DNA from: Candidatus Poribacteria bacterium
GTDB taxonomy: Bacteria; Poribacteria; WGA-4E; WGA-3G
Assembly: GCA_965197475.1 (NCBI GenBank)
Contig: CBDANF010000003.1
Location: 672,001 to 736,000 of the forward strand
Direction of reading: 5' to 3'
Length of the DNA stretch: 64,000 nt
Shown: piece after piece, positions 18,505 to 29,267 of the stretch
How the letters are laid out: each line of letters starts with the position of its first letter
Numbering within the stretch: position 1 is the first letter of the stretch
Made by a program: the position numbers and the translations under genes
Notes under the pieces: generated by a model
The model's input: the letters and a program-made list of their open reading frames with translations, nothing else
What the model was told of the DNA's origin: nothing
Databases searched by the model: none

Positions 18505-19917
18505 ATGAGCAAAAAAACGCTTGACCATCTGCTAATAACATTCACAGCTTTATGTGATCTCTGTTTTATTGCGGCTGCAATTGTCATCGCATATTGGGTG
18601 CGGTTTGAATCAAGCTGGCTTGACGCGTTAGCGTTACATAAAGGCGGCACACCACCTTTTGACGACTATTTTCGACTTATCCCTGTAACGGCAATTATCT
18701 GGTTAGTAACGCTGAAGAGGTTTAAACTCTACCGTCCGGAAAGCAACGCGACACTTTCAGCGTTCTGGGCACTTTGTAAAACTTCTGGCATCGCGCTAAT
18801 TGCCACATTAGCAGCACTCTTTTTCATCTATCATCACGATGCGTATTCACGTTGGGTCATGCTTCTCGCCACTGGTTTCAGTCTCGTTTGGCTGTTCCTC
18901 GGCCGACTTGTCGTTCACCGTTTTCGTCAGTCAGTTCATACACAGGGAGTCGGTGTGAGTCGTGTGGCACTCGTAGGCTATGATGAACGCGGCGAAAAAA
19001 TCACCAATGCTTTGAATACTAAACCGAACAGCGGGTACAAATTAGTAGGTATAATTGATGGAGATATAGACACGGAGATCATTAATGTCGACGGTTCAAA
19101 CTTACAACATCTCGGCGAAAGTAGGGATATTCTTGAGATTGTGCAAAAATATCGTCTTGACATGCTCTTTATAGCGTCTCCTAAGGTGCCAAATAATGTC
19201 ATCCTGAAAATTCTGCACGCGTGTGAAGGCGTGCCGTTGCAGATCAATGTGCTACCTGAACTGTCCGAATTTATCAGAGGTGGCACGGCTGTTACATTTT
19301 TTGATGGTATACCGATACTTCAACTACGCGAAACACCGATGCAAGGTGTAAGCAGTATCATTAAGCGTCTGATAGACATCATTTTCAGTACGGTGGCATT
19401 AATAGTACTGAGTCCACTTATGTTGATAATCACGGTAGTCATCCGTCTAACATCACCGGGCAAAGCAATTTTCTGTCAAGAACGCGTCGGTAGAGCAGGA
19501 AAACGGTTCAAGATCTATAAATTTCGCTCTATGCGTATAGATGCTGAAGAGAAAGTCGGACACGTGTGGGCAAAAACCGATGACCCACGGCAAACCGCAC
19601 TCGGAAAATTTCTAAGACGCTGGAGTCTGGACGAATTGCCCCAATTTTTCAACGTTCTCAAAGGCGATATGAGTCTCGTCGGTCCGCGTCCAGAGATGTC
19701 CGGTCTAATTGATACATTCCAAGAATCGATACCGCACTATCTTGCACGGCAGCGTGTTAAATCTGGAATGACAGGTTGGGCACAAGTCAACGGCTTGCGG
19801 GGCAATACCTCTCTTGAAGATCGGGTCAATTATGACCGTTACTATATCGAAAACTGGTCACTTACTTTGGACATAAAGATTATTTTGAAAACACTATGGG
19901 CGATCAAAAAGGGATAG
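18505..19917 (+). CDS. Undecaprenyl-phosphate glucose phosphotransferase (WcaJ-like sugar transferase)
   Basis: KRLIDI, FKIYKFRSM, SLDELPQFFNVLKGDMSLVGPRPE, GMTGWAQVNG. Confidence 0.92.
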   Translation: MSKKTLDHLLITFTALCDLCFIAAAIVIAYWVRFESSWLDALALHKGGTPPFDDYFRLIPVTAIIWLVTLKRFKLYRPESNATLSAFWALCKTSGIALIATLAALFFIYHHDAYSRWVMLLATGFSLVWLFLGRLVVHRFRQSVHTQGVGVSRVALVGYDERGEKITNALNTKPNSGYKLVGIIDGDIDTEIINVDGSNLQHLGESRDILEIVQKYRLDMLFIASPKVPNNVILKILHACEGVPLQINVLPELSEFIRGGTAVTFFDGIPILQLRETPMQGVSSIIKRLIDIIFSTVALIVLSPLMLIITVVIRLTSPGKAIFCQERVGRAGKRFKIYKFRSMRIDAEEKVGHVWAKTDDPRQTALGKFLRRWSLDELPQFFNVLKGDMSLVGPRPEMSGLIDTFQESIPHYLARQRVKSGMTGWAQVNGLRGNTSLEDRVNYDRYYIENWSLTLDIKIILKTLWAIKKG

Positions 19918-19928
19918 TGGGGTTTCGC

Positions 19929-20963
19929 TTATTCCCCAAAATACCGCCGTACAAAGGGCCATGCACCCGCTTTGTAATAACGGTGTCCACCATCACCGAT
20001 AAATAATTCGCACCTATCGGCAACGCCTGCAGCTGTGTAGATATCTTTCAATTTTTGATATGCAAATTTGACGTGTTCTATCGGAAAAATAGGATCATCC
20101 CGTCCTGCAATAGCACAAAACGGACGCGGCGCGATTAACCCCGCAACATCATACATCTCGCCTAACCGCATCACACCGGGCACATAGTTGCATTCACAAT
20201 GTCGAATAGTCCCAATGCTCCCTTCAAACGTGCAATAGTAGCAGCTTGGCACTGCAACAGCGATACGCGTTTCACACGCTGCCGCGAAAAGCGATACCGT
20301 CCCACCGCCAGAATTGCCGGTAATCGCTATCCGATCAGCATCTACGGGAAGATTTGCTATTGCCCAATCAATGAGGCGCGACATATCCCACACCCGCTCA
20401 CCAATCGGGGTTCTGCCAACGAGGATGCTATGCACCAACTCGTGTCGGCAAGAGTGCGTTTTATTATCTCTCTTATCTGCTTCGGTGCGTGTTTCACCGA
20501 ACGCACGTGTTGTCGGTGCAATAGCGATATATCCCTCTTCCACAGCTGCCTGCCGTGCAATGTCACGTTCTCCGTCTACCATCTCTTGCTCTTCTTTTTC
20601 AGAGTAAGCAATGCCAGCGTAGATATGCGGATGGTTGTGTCCATGCGGTGCAAGGATCAGTGGTACTTTCCCTTCAATTGTTTTTGGACGAAGCAGATAG
20701 AACGGTAGCGGCACCGTTGGCTCCACCCACAAATACCAACTTTCCCGAATATGATTGTCCATATCCAAAACCTCCAGCTGTTCCGATTCCGGAACATAGC
20801 CAGCAAGATCAGATTCCATGTTATCCAAACCGAGGGTTGCCCTCAATTCCGGACGAAAATTAGCTTGCCATGCTATCAAACCTTCCCTTGAAGTTTCCCG
20901 AAATTCGTATTTCCTCGGTACAGTGGCGTATAGGGTTTCAAAATGTTTATCTGCGTTATACAT
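19929..20963 (-). CDS. Alpha/beta hydrolase (dienelactone hydrolase/acetylxylan esterase-like)
   Basis: PHGH, GNSGGG nucleophile elbow, D and GGH triad; GGGAGAG RBS before ATG 20963. Confidence 0.85.
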   Translation of the reverse strand: MYNADKHFETLYATVPRKYEFRETSREGLIAWQANFRPELRATLGLDNMESDLAGYVPESEQLEVLDMDNHIRESWYLWVEPTVPLPFYLLRPKTIEGKVPLILAPHGHNHPHIYAGIAYSEKEEQEMVDGERDIARQAAVEEGYIAIAPTTRAFGETRTEADKRDNKTHSCRHELVHSILVGRTPIGERVWDMSRLIDWAIANLPVDADRIAITGNSGGGTVSLFAAACETRIAVAVPSCYYCTFEGSIGTIRHCECNYVPGVMRLGEMYDVAGLIAPRPFCAIAGRDDPIFPIEHVKFAYQKLKDIYTAAGVADRCELFIGDGGHRYYKAGAWPFVRRYFGE

Positions 20964-21126
20964 TACGGTTCTCTCCCTCGTAAATGCGCGACTACAAAAT
21001 GTTCCGTGCGTTAGATTATATCGTATTTCCGTTTTCTTGTGGTGTTTTTTTGCCAGAACTATTTTCATAGACGAATCACATCAATTCATGTTATTATGTA
21101 AAAAACAGATGGAAGGAGTGGTCGAA

Positions 21127-21971
21127 ATGAAACATTCAATAACATTTCGTTGCTTGTTTATAGTCCTGCTTTTTGTAGCAGTCGTGATTTTGCCAGCACA
21201 TTCGGTAGATGTAACTGTCGGGTTGTTGGCAGGAAGTAATGAACTCGGAGAAGTTGAGGAAGCTGCCTACCAATGGGCAGATGAAACTTTTCAAGCGACA
21301 ATACTTACGGCAGACAGCAACGGTACTTTTAAGAACAGTGGCGGTACTTCAACAAAATTGGATCAGTTCGCGGTGCTTTGGCTTTTCTATACAGAAACGA
21401 ACAAGTTACCTGAACCTTTCCTTGCAGATGTGACTAAGAAAGCAATACTTGACTACATAGAAGCGGGTGGAGGTATATTTCTCTCCGCTATGTAGCCGAC
21501 CTTGGTGTTGAAAAAGGTGGTACTCCCCGGAACCTTTCCCCTCTCGGCAAAAATCCGCCTGAAATTGGTATAATGCCAACGGATGATGCCAAAAACCATC
21601 CGGTTTTCAAAGGATTTGATACTGACGGACCAATTTTCCTCACGAGTATGGATCAGGCAGGTTTTAGTTCAGATTTCCATAACTTTGGTGCAACTTCCCC
21701 TGGAGGTAAAATTCTTGGAACAAAGACGCGCGGCGGTGGTGCTGGAGGCGGAGAACGCTCCTTTGTTGAATACGATGCGAAAGATGGAAAAATCATCACG
21801 CTTGGACATCATAACGGCGTTTACACCGATACAAAGTCAGCGGAAGGGGATAATCTCAGAAAACTTACGATGAACGTGTTTAATTACCTCGCTGAGAATT
21901 CTGCATTCCTTGCTGTTGAACCTGATGGTAAATTGACAACCACATGGGGGGGAATTTAAAGTCGGTATTGA
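21127..21971 (+). pseudogene. Secreted Poribacteria-type protein (GATase/DUF4960-like), frameshifted
   Basis: Signal peptide MKHSITF...; frame breaks at ~21488 (GGGIFLSA then RYVADLGVEKGG... in another frame leading into ORF 21573-21959); C-terminal LAVEPDGKLTTTWGGI*SRY with TAA where Lys is expected. Confidence 0.7.
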
Positions 21972-22001
21972 AATAAGTTATCACATTGCGCTTTGCAACA
22001 C

Positions 22002-22030
22002 AAACCCGTAACATGATACTGTTACGGGTT
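22002..22030. terminator. Hairpin between convergent genes
   Basis: AACCCGTAACA-tgatac-TGTTACGGGTT perfect 11-bp stem. Confidence 0.7.
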
Positions 22031-22071
22031 CCCTTTTATGTACGTGGTTATCTTAGACTGTAATACGTATC

Positions 22072-22358
22072 TCACAAAATTGTCTCTTTATCTGTTTCTG
22101 ATGACGTGGCAAGAATAGACGGATTCAAGAGCGAGTGGTGCAATATCCAATAAATTGCTGCTACAACCACACCACCGAGAAGTGTTGCTATCAACCATAT
22201 AATAGATGCTACAAAAATTGGAGTTTCTAATCGTTTGGCATCTCGGTATATTGCTACTGCAAACGTAATATGCACTATAATAGTCGCAATCCAAAACGCA
22301 ACTACCAAAAAATACCAATCCCAGCTGGAAATCCCCATCCGCTAAAATTAAAATTCAT
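22072..22358 (-). CDS. Small membrane protein (probable homopolymer frameshift near 5' end)
   Basis: Two TM segments in ORF 22072-22338; GGAGG RBS precedes ATG 22358, and one extra base in the A6 run at 22307-22312 joins MNFNFSGWGFPAGIGIF to LVVAFWIATII. Confidence 0.6.
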
Positions 22359-22586
22359 TTTCAATTCCTCCATGCTATTTTTAAGGTATAGTATACATCG
22401 CACTCATCTAAGTGTCAATGTTTTCAAACTGTACAGTGCAATTCAGTTCTCTAACGGGTAGATTTGTAATTCCAAGAAATGATATATGAGATAGATTCTA
22501 AATACCTTTTGACAACAACCAATTATTGTGCTACTATGAAGATCTTAGATGTTCAAAATACCTATTCCCTAACAGATTGAAGAAAT

Positions 22587-23768
22587 ATGAAAATACCTGA
22601 GATCCAAACTGCTTTAGCAACATTAAACCTTGATGCCTGGCTTCTATACGATTTTCGCGGCATCAATCCAATTTCACAAAACGTAGCAGGCTTAGCTGGG
22701 GCAAACATCACTCGTCGATGGTTCTGCCTTATTCCTTCACGGGGTGAACCGCGCTGGTTAATTCATCGGATAGAAACATCAAATTTCACCGATGTGCCCG
22801 GAAACGTTTCACTTTACGCCGGATGGCAAGAACTCAATGAGGAGATGAAATCACTTTTCGCTGGTGCCAAATCGGTTGCTATGGAGTATTCACCAAATGC
22901 ATCAATTCCGTACATCTCACGCGTAGACGCAGGCACGTTAGAATGGATTCGCACTTTTGGGATTGAGGTCCATTCGTCAGCAGAACTCGCGCAATATGTG
23001 GAAGCGTGCCTAAGCGAAGCACAATACGCAGGACATCAAAAATCTGCACACCTAATCCTGCAAGCAAAAGATTTTGCCTTCACGTGGATTGGGGATCAAC
23101 TTAAGGCTGGCAGGACCATTACTGAATACGATGTGCAGCAGCAGATTCTCAAACAATTTGATGAGATGGAGCTTACAACCGATCATCTTCCAATTGTTGC
23201 TGTCAATGCTAACAGCGGCGACCCCCATTACGCACCAACTGAAACCCACACACAACAGATTAAAGCGGGGGACTTCATCCTAATTGACCTATGGGCAAAG
23301 CAGAAAGACCGGGATGCTGTTTTCGCCGATACAACGTGGGTAGCTTATGCGGGATCAACCGTTCCTGACCGATACGTCGAAATTTTTGAGATTGTCAGAG
23401 AGGCGCGGGATAGGGCTGTGGCGTTCATACGTGAAAAATGGGCAGCAAACGAACCGATTCCAGGCTATGCTGTTGACGACTGTGTCCGCGGGTACATCAC
23501 AGAAAAAGGATATGGACAATACTTTATCCACCGCACGGGACACAACATCGGTACTGTTATACACGGAAATGGCGTAAATTTAGACAATCTGGAAACACGA
23601 GACGAGCGGGTACTTATTCCCGGCATCTGTTTCTCAATTGAACCCGGAATTTATCTCACCGATTTCGGCGTGCGGACTGAAATTGATGTCTTTTTAGCCG
23701 GAGAAGGGAGAGATGACGTAATATTGACAACCGCGCCCGTTCAAAATCAGGTATTGCCTCTGCTGTAA
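22587..23768 (+). CDS. Xaa-Pro aminopeptidase (M24 family)
   Basis: PHY, IDLW, DTT, HRTGH, SIEPGIY, GVRTE metal motifs; TTGACA-17-TACTAT promoter at ~22509. Confidence 0.9.
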   Translation: MKIPEIQTALATLNLDAWLLYDFRGINPISQNVAGLAGANITRRWFCLIPSRGEPRWLIHRIETSNFTDVPGNVSLYAGWQELNEEMKSLFAGAKSVAMEYSPNASIPYISRVDAGTLEWIRTFGIEVHSSAELAQYVEACLSEAQYAGHQKSAHLILQAKDFAFTWIGDQLKAGRTITEYDVQQQILKQFDEMELTTDHLPIVAVNANSGDPHYAPTETHTQQIKAGDFILIDLWAKQKDRDAVFADTTWVAYAGSTVPDRYVEIFEIVREARDRAVAFIREKWAANEPIPGYAVDDCVRGYITEKGYGQYFIHRTGHNIGTVIHGNGVNLDNLETRDERVLIPGICFSIEPGIYLTDFGVRTEIDVFLAGEGRDDVILTTAPVQNQVLPLL

Positions 23769-24507
23769 CTTTATAATTCCGTTTCTTCAAATCTTTAAGA
23801 ATGTGAGCAAAGTAGAGTCGAACGTTAAGTAACCACTGTTCAGCATAAGCGGTAGCAAGTAGCGGTAATGCTATTGATAAACGCGGTGCGTTAAGAAGCC
23901 ACTGTTCCGCATACGCAGCGAAGTCTGTTTCAACGAGTCCCGTACACCCGAGCGTGTAGATCACATAACGTTTGCCATCACGTTGTGCTTCTTGAACCTC
24001 AAGTGGCGTTTTAAGAGACATACGTCTTGCACTGTCAATTTCAAATACCCAGAAAAAGTAATCTTCGTTATGTGCGAGATAACCGATCTCCACTTCAAGT
24101 TGATGGGGTGCGTCAGTTGGGATCGGGATCGCCTCCAGATCGCGTTTTACTAAAACTGGATACAACGCAGCGAAAAATATCTGCTCTAATCCGAGCGGCT
24201 GTTCTACATGGTTGAGGATTTGCAATAGGGTTTGTTGGTCTTGCTGTTTTTGTAGTTCAAGGCAACTTTTTGAGAAAACTTCGTCGCGCAGTGCATGTGT
24301 TTCGGGGGAAGCATTTTCAGCAAGCGGTTTCAATTCCTGCATCAACTTAAGGATACGGCGGCGTTTGGGTAAAACTCGCCAAAACACCCAACGTGCCAAT
24401 GCTTGCCACGTCTCTTTCTCAATCAATAGCAACAAAAACGCTCGCACAGCAGTAGAAATTCGTTGAAAGATGCTTTCAGATGCAAGACCTTTTCTTTGGT
24501 TTGCCAT
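23656..24507 (-). CDS. Hypothetical protein with duplicated AYAEQWLLN motif
   Basis: 283-aa ORF; 3' end overlaps the convergent M24 gene by ~113 bp, so the true end is uncertain. Confidence 0.55.
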   Translation of the reverse strand: MANQRKGLASESIFQRISTAVRAFLLLLIEKETWQALARWVFWRVLPKRRRILKLMQELKPLAENASPETHALRDEVFSKSCLELQKQQDQQTLLQILNHVEQPLGLEQIFFAALYPVLVKRDLEAIPIPTDAPHQLEVEIGYLAHNEDYFFWVFEIDSARRMSLKTPLEVQEAQRDGKRYVIYTLGCTGLVETDFAAYAEQWLLNAPRLSIALPLLATAYAEQWLLNVRLYFAHILKDLKKRNYKVTAEAIPDFERARLSILRHLSLLRLKRHQFQSARRNR

Positions 24508-24640
24508 ATTTTTTTGACTTTTCTCCTAAAATGTGTTATATTTAAGAACAAGATATGTTTAGGCAAATTATTGTGGAGGGTTTCTAACCCTATTTCTAAG
24601 ATTTCTTGTAGGAGGGGTTTCTAACCCCTATTTCTTTTTT

Positions 24641-24725
24641 GCCGGAGTGGTGAAATCGGTAGACGCACTGGACTCAAAATCCAGCGGGCCCTAGGTCCAT
24701 GTCGGTTCGAGTCCGACCTCCGGCA
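24641..24725 (+). tRNA. tRNA-Leu(CAA)
   Basis: Acceptor GCCGGAG/CTCCGGC, anticodon arm CTGGA-CTCAAAA-TCCAG, long variable arm, GGTTCGAGTCC T-loop; CCA not encoded. Confidence 0.95.
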
Positions 24726-24727
24726 TC

Positions 24728-24756
24728 AGGCGATGGTTTAGACAAGCCATCGCCTC
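24728..24756. terminator. Hairpin after tRNA-Leu
   Basis: AGGCGATGGTTT-agac-AAGCCATCGCCT followed by T-rich tract. Confidence 0.65.
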
Positions 24757-24768
24757 CTCTTTTAACAT

Positions 24769-25560
24769 TTACATGGCAATTATTTTACGCATCCGTTCTG
24801 CAAGATCAATTTGTGCTTCTCTATCCCCGCCGACTTCATGAACAACGTAACCGTCATAACCGACAGCACGAAACGCTTCCATCACCGCTGCCCAATCTGT
24901 ATCGCCATCTAATAGATTCACAAATCGATGTGAGCCGCGCGAGAAATCCTTGAAATGCACCCGCTTAATACGATGTCCAAGTTCACGGATCCAGTGTTCG
25001 GGATAACCATACGCCATCATGTTCGCGGTATCCAGATAGGTTCCAACCCAGTCACTGCCTATTTCGTCCACAATCTCGCGCATCTCTTTCGGGCTAAGTA
25101 GGAATTTGTTCCATACGTTTTCCAGACCGATGGCAACTTTGTGTGTTTCAGCTGAAGGTGCGAGGTCTTTTAGAATTCCAACGAGATTATCCCACACCTG
25201 TTGATAAGTTCCTTCAACGCTAAGTTGACCGGGGTGTAGCAAAATCCCGCCTACGCCGAGTGCTCCTGCAACCTCTAATCCACGTGCAAGCGATCTTGCA
25301 CCGTTCTTACGTTGCTCCGCATCAAGGCTGAGCAAGTTACCACGATTCGCATAACCTGCTGTTATACTGCCGATCTCAACTCCCGCATCTTCACACTTCG
25401 CAGCGATCTCTTGCAGTTCAGTATCACTCATATTGATGTCCGTGTCCTTACCTTCACCAAAGGTAAGCTCAACGGCATCGTAGCGAGCATCTTGGCAAAG
25501 CGAGAGTGTATCATCCAGTGACATATTTCCGAGAATTATTTGGGTAACGCCTATCTTCAT
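24769..25560 (-). CDS. Sugar phosphate isomerase/epimerase (xylose isomerase-like TIM barrel)
   Basis: GLENVWNKFLLSP, YLDTAN, VHFKD, HE motifs; GAAAAGGAG upstream of ATG 25560. Confidence 0.88.
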   Translation of the reverse strand: MKIGVTQIILGNMSLDDTLSLCQDARYDAVELTFGEGKDTDINMSDTELQEIAAKCEDAGVEIGSITAGYANRGNLLSLDAEQRKNGARSLARGLEVAGALGVGGILLHPGQLSVEGTYQQVWDNLVGILKDLAPSAETHKVAIGLENVWNKFLLSPKEMREIVDEIGSDWVGTYLDTANMMAYGYPEHWIRELGHRIKRVHFKDFSRGSHRFVNLLDGDTDWAAVMEAFRAVGYDGYVVHEVGGDREAQIDLAERMRKIIAM

Positions 25561-25877
25561 CTTTGCTTTTCTTTCTCCTTTTCGGAATAGAAATGTGTTG
25601 ATGTCAACGCTTGTATGCACAAGTAACGTGTCTCAAGACATTGTGGACACCGCAGTTCAACATAATATACATCGTTAAACACAGCATCAATCCAATCTGA
25701 AAGCCTATTTTGGGTTTCACCTAAAAACTGTTCAAGCACCTCATATTCGCGATCACAATCCGGACAGATTTGCAGGTCTTGTCCTATGTCAATACTGTCT
25801 AACCATCCCATCTTTGCTGTATGGCGAGGTTTCTGTATCCCGCCATATCTCCATTCTATTGGTACGGTGGGTTCCAT
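25557..25877 (-). CDS. Small hypothetical protein with two CxxC motifs (possible Zn finger)
   Basis: CPDC and CPQC; ATGA overlap with the downstream epimerase. Confidence 0.5.
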   Translation of the reverse strand: MEPTVPIEWRYGGIQKPRHTAKMGWLDSIDIGQDLQICPDCDREYEVLEQFLGETQNRLSDWIDAVFNDVYYVELRCPQCLETRYLCIQALTSTHFYSEKEKEKQR

Positions 25878-25982
25878 ATCCCGCATGTTTCGGAGATGTC
25901 ATCAATGGGAGGGCACGGAGACCCGCCCCTACATTTAGCTGGAATTATCTTTACGCCGAATATCCTATCCAGCGTCAATTTA

Positions 25983-27284
25983 CTACGCGCTGTTAGAAGA
26001 TACCGAAAATTGCGATACTGACTTGAGATAACGACTCGGCAAGCGCGCCTTGACGTAAACCGCATCCTCAGCGTATTCTGTCCCCAAGACCGTCCCATGT
26101 TTATATAGTATGTCTAACGCTTTTCCCTCTGTATAAGGGATACTCAGGTCAAGCATAACGCCGTGGGACAGAAAACGTTCCGCTAACATCTCCATTAAGT
26201 CTGTAATACCATCTCCACGCTGTGCTGAGATAGGTTTTGCCTCTGGATAACGGGTCTGAAGAATATGTAATAGATCTTCCGTTTCGAGTTGGTCGATTTT
26301 ATTGAAAACCATCACCATCGGGATATCGGATGCCTCCAATTCCGTAAGCACCTTGTCCACAGCAGCGATTTGTGCTTCTGCTTTTGGATGGCTAATATCA
26401 ACAACATGCAGCAAGAGATCCGCCTCCGTGACCTCTTCCAACGTTGCTTTGAACGCGGCAACAAGTTGATGCGGTAATTTCTTGATAAATCCCACAGTAT
26501 CGCTCAAGAGAATGTTCTGGTTTTTCGGCAACCTCACCTGACGCGTGGTTGAATCTAAAGTGGCAAACAGTTTATCTTCTGTCAAAACGTTTTCGCCTGT
26601 CAATGTATTAAAGATTGTTGATTTCCCAGCGTTGGTATATCCGACAAGAGAGATTTTGATTTTTTCTGATCGGTTTTGCCGTTGAACTTGTCGCCGCTTT
26701 TCAACCGTCGCTAATGCTTTTTTGACTTGAGAAATTTGCCTACGAACCCATCGACGGTCCATTTCAAGCTGCGTTTCACCGGGACCCCGTAGCGTGCTAC
26801 TACCGCTACCCCCGCTGGTTGCAAGTCGTGAAAGGTGCGTCCACATCCGTGTGAGTCGCGGGAGCGCATATTCCAATTGTGCCAAAGCGACTTGCAAACG
26901 CGCTTCACTGGTTAAGGCGCGTTGCGCAAAAACCAGCAAGATAAGACCTGTCCTGTCAACGGTTGCAATATCAAGTTCTCCCTCGATATTTCGTGTCTGT
27001 GCAGGTGATAATTCTTCGTCAAAGATGATTACATCTGCTTCAAGTTCCGCTACGACCTCCTTGAGTTCTTCAACCTTACCCTCTCCGATAAAATAGGTTG
27101 GATTCGGTGTATTACGCTGCTGAATTGTCTCACAAACAATTTCAATTCCCGCAGTTTCAGTCAGTTGTTGAAGTTCTTGCAGCGATTCCTCCGTTTCGTG
27201 CATCATCGCATCGCGCAGTTTTACGCCGACAAGGATGGCACGAGAGGGTGGGTTTGGCGTTTGTGTATCATAAAGTTGTTGCAT
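25983..27284 (-). CDS. hflX: GTPase HflX
   Basis: GPGETQLE, GYTNAGKST, FATLD, DTVGF, NKID; AAAGGAGA RBS before ATG 27284. Confidence 0.95.
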   Translation of the reverse strand: MQQLYDTQTPNPPSRAILVGVKLRDAMMHETEESLQELQQLTETAGIEIVCETIQQRNTPNPTYFIGEGKVEELKEVVAELEADVIIFDEELSPAQTRNIEGELDIATVDRTGLILLVFAQRALTSEARLQVALAQLEYALPRLTRMWTHLSRLATSGGSGSSTLRGPGETQLEMDRRWVRRQISQVKKALATVEKRRQVQRQNRSEKIKISLVGYTNAGKSTIFNTLTGENVLTEDKLFATLDSTTRQVRLPKNQNILLSDTVGFIKKLPHQLVAAFKATLEEVTEADLLLHVVDISHPKAEAQIAAVDKVLTELEASDIPMVMVFNKIDQLETEDLLHILQTRYPEAKPISAQRGDGITDLMEMLAERFLSHGVMLDLSIPYTEGKALDILYKHGTVLGTEYAEDAVYVKARLPSRYLKSVSQFSVSSNSA

Positions 27285-27676
27285 CTTATCTCCTTTCAAC
27301 TGTAAACTGTAACGGAATTCGGTTAGCACTATATACAGTTTATCAGATTCACACGCTGTTTTCAACCAAAACGTTACAAATTAGGACAATTTAGTTGAGG
27401 ATGCGTCTTATAATTGGAATTTGTTCAAATCAACGTCAAATGCGCGTATGGTATTCATCGGGGTTAGAAACCCCTCTCACAAGAGCGTTTGAGAAAAAAG
27501 TGGCAACTTGGGTTAATTATAGTAGGACGTTTTCCACGTCCCACGGACGTGCTAATGCCAAGCGGTACAAGGAATAGGACGTGTTTTTGTGTTTTTCTTT
27601 TTCCCATCTTTGGGTCTCACCGCGAGGCATGAAGCAGGAAACAGACGAACAAGCTACAGATTGTTGTGTGATAATA

Positions 27677-27705
27677 ATTTTAACATAAATAATTCTTGTT
27701 GTCAA
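27677..27705 (-). promoter_or_regulatory. Sigma70 promoter with extended -10, facing hflX
   Basis: TTGACA-17-TAAAAT with TG extension on minus strand, ~390 bp upstream of hflX. Confidence 0.6.
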
Positions 27706-27880
27706 GGAAAAAATTGAAATTTCCCATACGTCCATCTTAGTATCCATAGTTTTGTTCAATTGTAGATGAATCGAAAAATGATCCCATACTATCAGAAAAT
27801 ATATTGGACTCAATGTTCCGAGTTATGCTAAAATATAAGTACTATAAGAATTAACACTGGTTAAAACGTACTTACATAGA

Positions 27881-28612
27881 GTGATTTACATGATACTTCA
27901 GAATTTTCGCGTTGAGACTGCAGATTACCACAATTTTATGATCTCTTTGCCTGTAAAATCGGTTGATCTAATCTTAACCGATCCCCCATATTGCATAAGC
28001 AAAAAGACCGGGTTTTCGTCGGTGATAAATGGGGAGAAAAAGTTCGCTGTTAGTATGGACTTTGGCCAGTGGGATCAAACTGAAGTCAACCTTGAAGATA
28101 TGGCAAAAACGTTTTATGATGCTTTACGGCGTGGGGGAACTGCAATTGTGTGGTATGATATTTGGAAAATCGGTAAGTTGAAGGAAGCGATGGAATCTGC
28201 TGGCTTTAAGATGATTCGGCAAATTATCTGGCAGAAAACCAACCCTGTACCGTTGAATATGAGGGCAACTTATCTATCCAATAGCCGAGAAATGGCAGTT
28301 GCTGGAGTTAAAGGAGGAAAGCCCACCTTTAATAGTGAATACGATTCTGGTATTTATGAGTATCCCATCCCGCGGCACAATGGAAATCGGATGCACCCCA
28401 CACAAAAACCTTTATTATTGTTTGAAGATTTGGTGAAAAAACACAGTAATACGGGAGACCTTATAGTAGACCCGTTTCTTGGTTCAGGCACTACAGGAGT
28501 TGCTGCTGTTAGAAATTTCCGAAGATTCGTAGGTTGCGACGTAGACAATAACTATGTAAAAGCAGCTCGTAAAAGAATAAAAATGATTGAAACCGAACAA
28601 GTTACCAATTAG
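27881..28612 (+). CDS. Orphan N4/N6 DNA methyltransferase (beta class)
   Basis: TDPPY, HPTQKP, DPFLGSGTT. Confidence 0.9.
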   Translation: MIYMILQNFRVETADYHNFMISLPVKSVDLILTDPPYCISKKTGFSSVINGEKKFAVSMDFGQWDQTEVNLEDMAKTFYDALRRGGTAIVWYDIWKIGKLKEAMESAGFKMIRQIIWQKTNPVPLNMRATYLSNSREMAVAGVKGGKPTFNSEYDSGIYEYPIPRHNGNRMHPTQKPLLLFEDLVKKHSNTGDLIVDPFLGSGTTGVAAVRNFRRFVGCDVDNNYVKAARKRIKMIETEQVTN

Positions 28613-28786
28613 CATTTACGCAAGAGTTTCCGTGATTTCGCCACGTTTAATGTATCCAAACGATGGGCAGGCACAGAGACCCATGCCTACAATGAAAAAC
28701 GGACAACTTTTGCTAAAACTTTACACACCTATAAAGTACAATTTGCCTTGCATACATCTATAGTATATGTTAGAATTAAGATTATT

Positions 28787-29248
28787 GTGAAAGATAACAA
28801 AAAATCCTCACAGAACCCTATAATTACTGTCAATCGGAAAGCGCGGTATGACTATCATCTGCGCGACCGGTATGAAGCAGGCATCGTTTTGCAGGGGACT
28901 GAAGTGAAAGCGATTCGAAACGGGCAGTTCAATCTGACAGATAGTTACGCACAAATAACGGCGGGAGAGGTATTCCTGATTGATGCGTTTATCGGTTTGT
29001 ATGATCAGGGTAATCGGATGAATCATGAACCGAAGCGCACCCGTAAACTGTTGTTACATCGTAGCGAAATAAAAAAACTGGAACGTTTAGTTCAATCAAA
29101 GGGAATGACCCTAATTCCGACTCGCGCTTACTTCAGCGGAGGAAAGGTTAAGTTAGAGTTAGCTGTCGCAGAAGGTAAACAACTTTACGACAAACGTGAT
29201 AAAATTGATCGCGAACAGGCTAGCCGTGAAATACGTACATATTCATAA
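28787..29248 (+). CDS. smpB: SsrA-binding protein
   Basis: NRKARYDY, EAGIVLQGTEVK, RKLLLHRSEI, GKQLYDKR; adjacent to tmRNA; start approximate. Confidence 0.95.
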   Translation: MKDNKKSSQNPIITVNRKARYDYHLRDRYEAGIVLQGTEVKAIRNGQFNLTDSYAQITAGEVFLIDAFIGLYDQGNRMNHEPKRTRKLLLHRSEIKKLERLVQSKGMTLIPTRAYFSGGKVKLELAVAEGKQLYDKRDKIDREQASREIRTYS

Positions 29249-29267
29249 ACTCACAAAATAAAATTTT

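Noticed and set aside
20818-21126. N-terminal extension of ORF 20818-21495
   Set aside because: Antisense to the hydrolase gene; the real start is ATG 21127 with GGAG RBS and signal peptide
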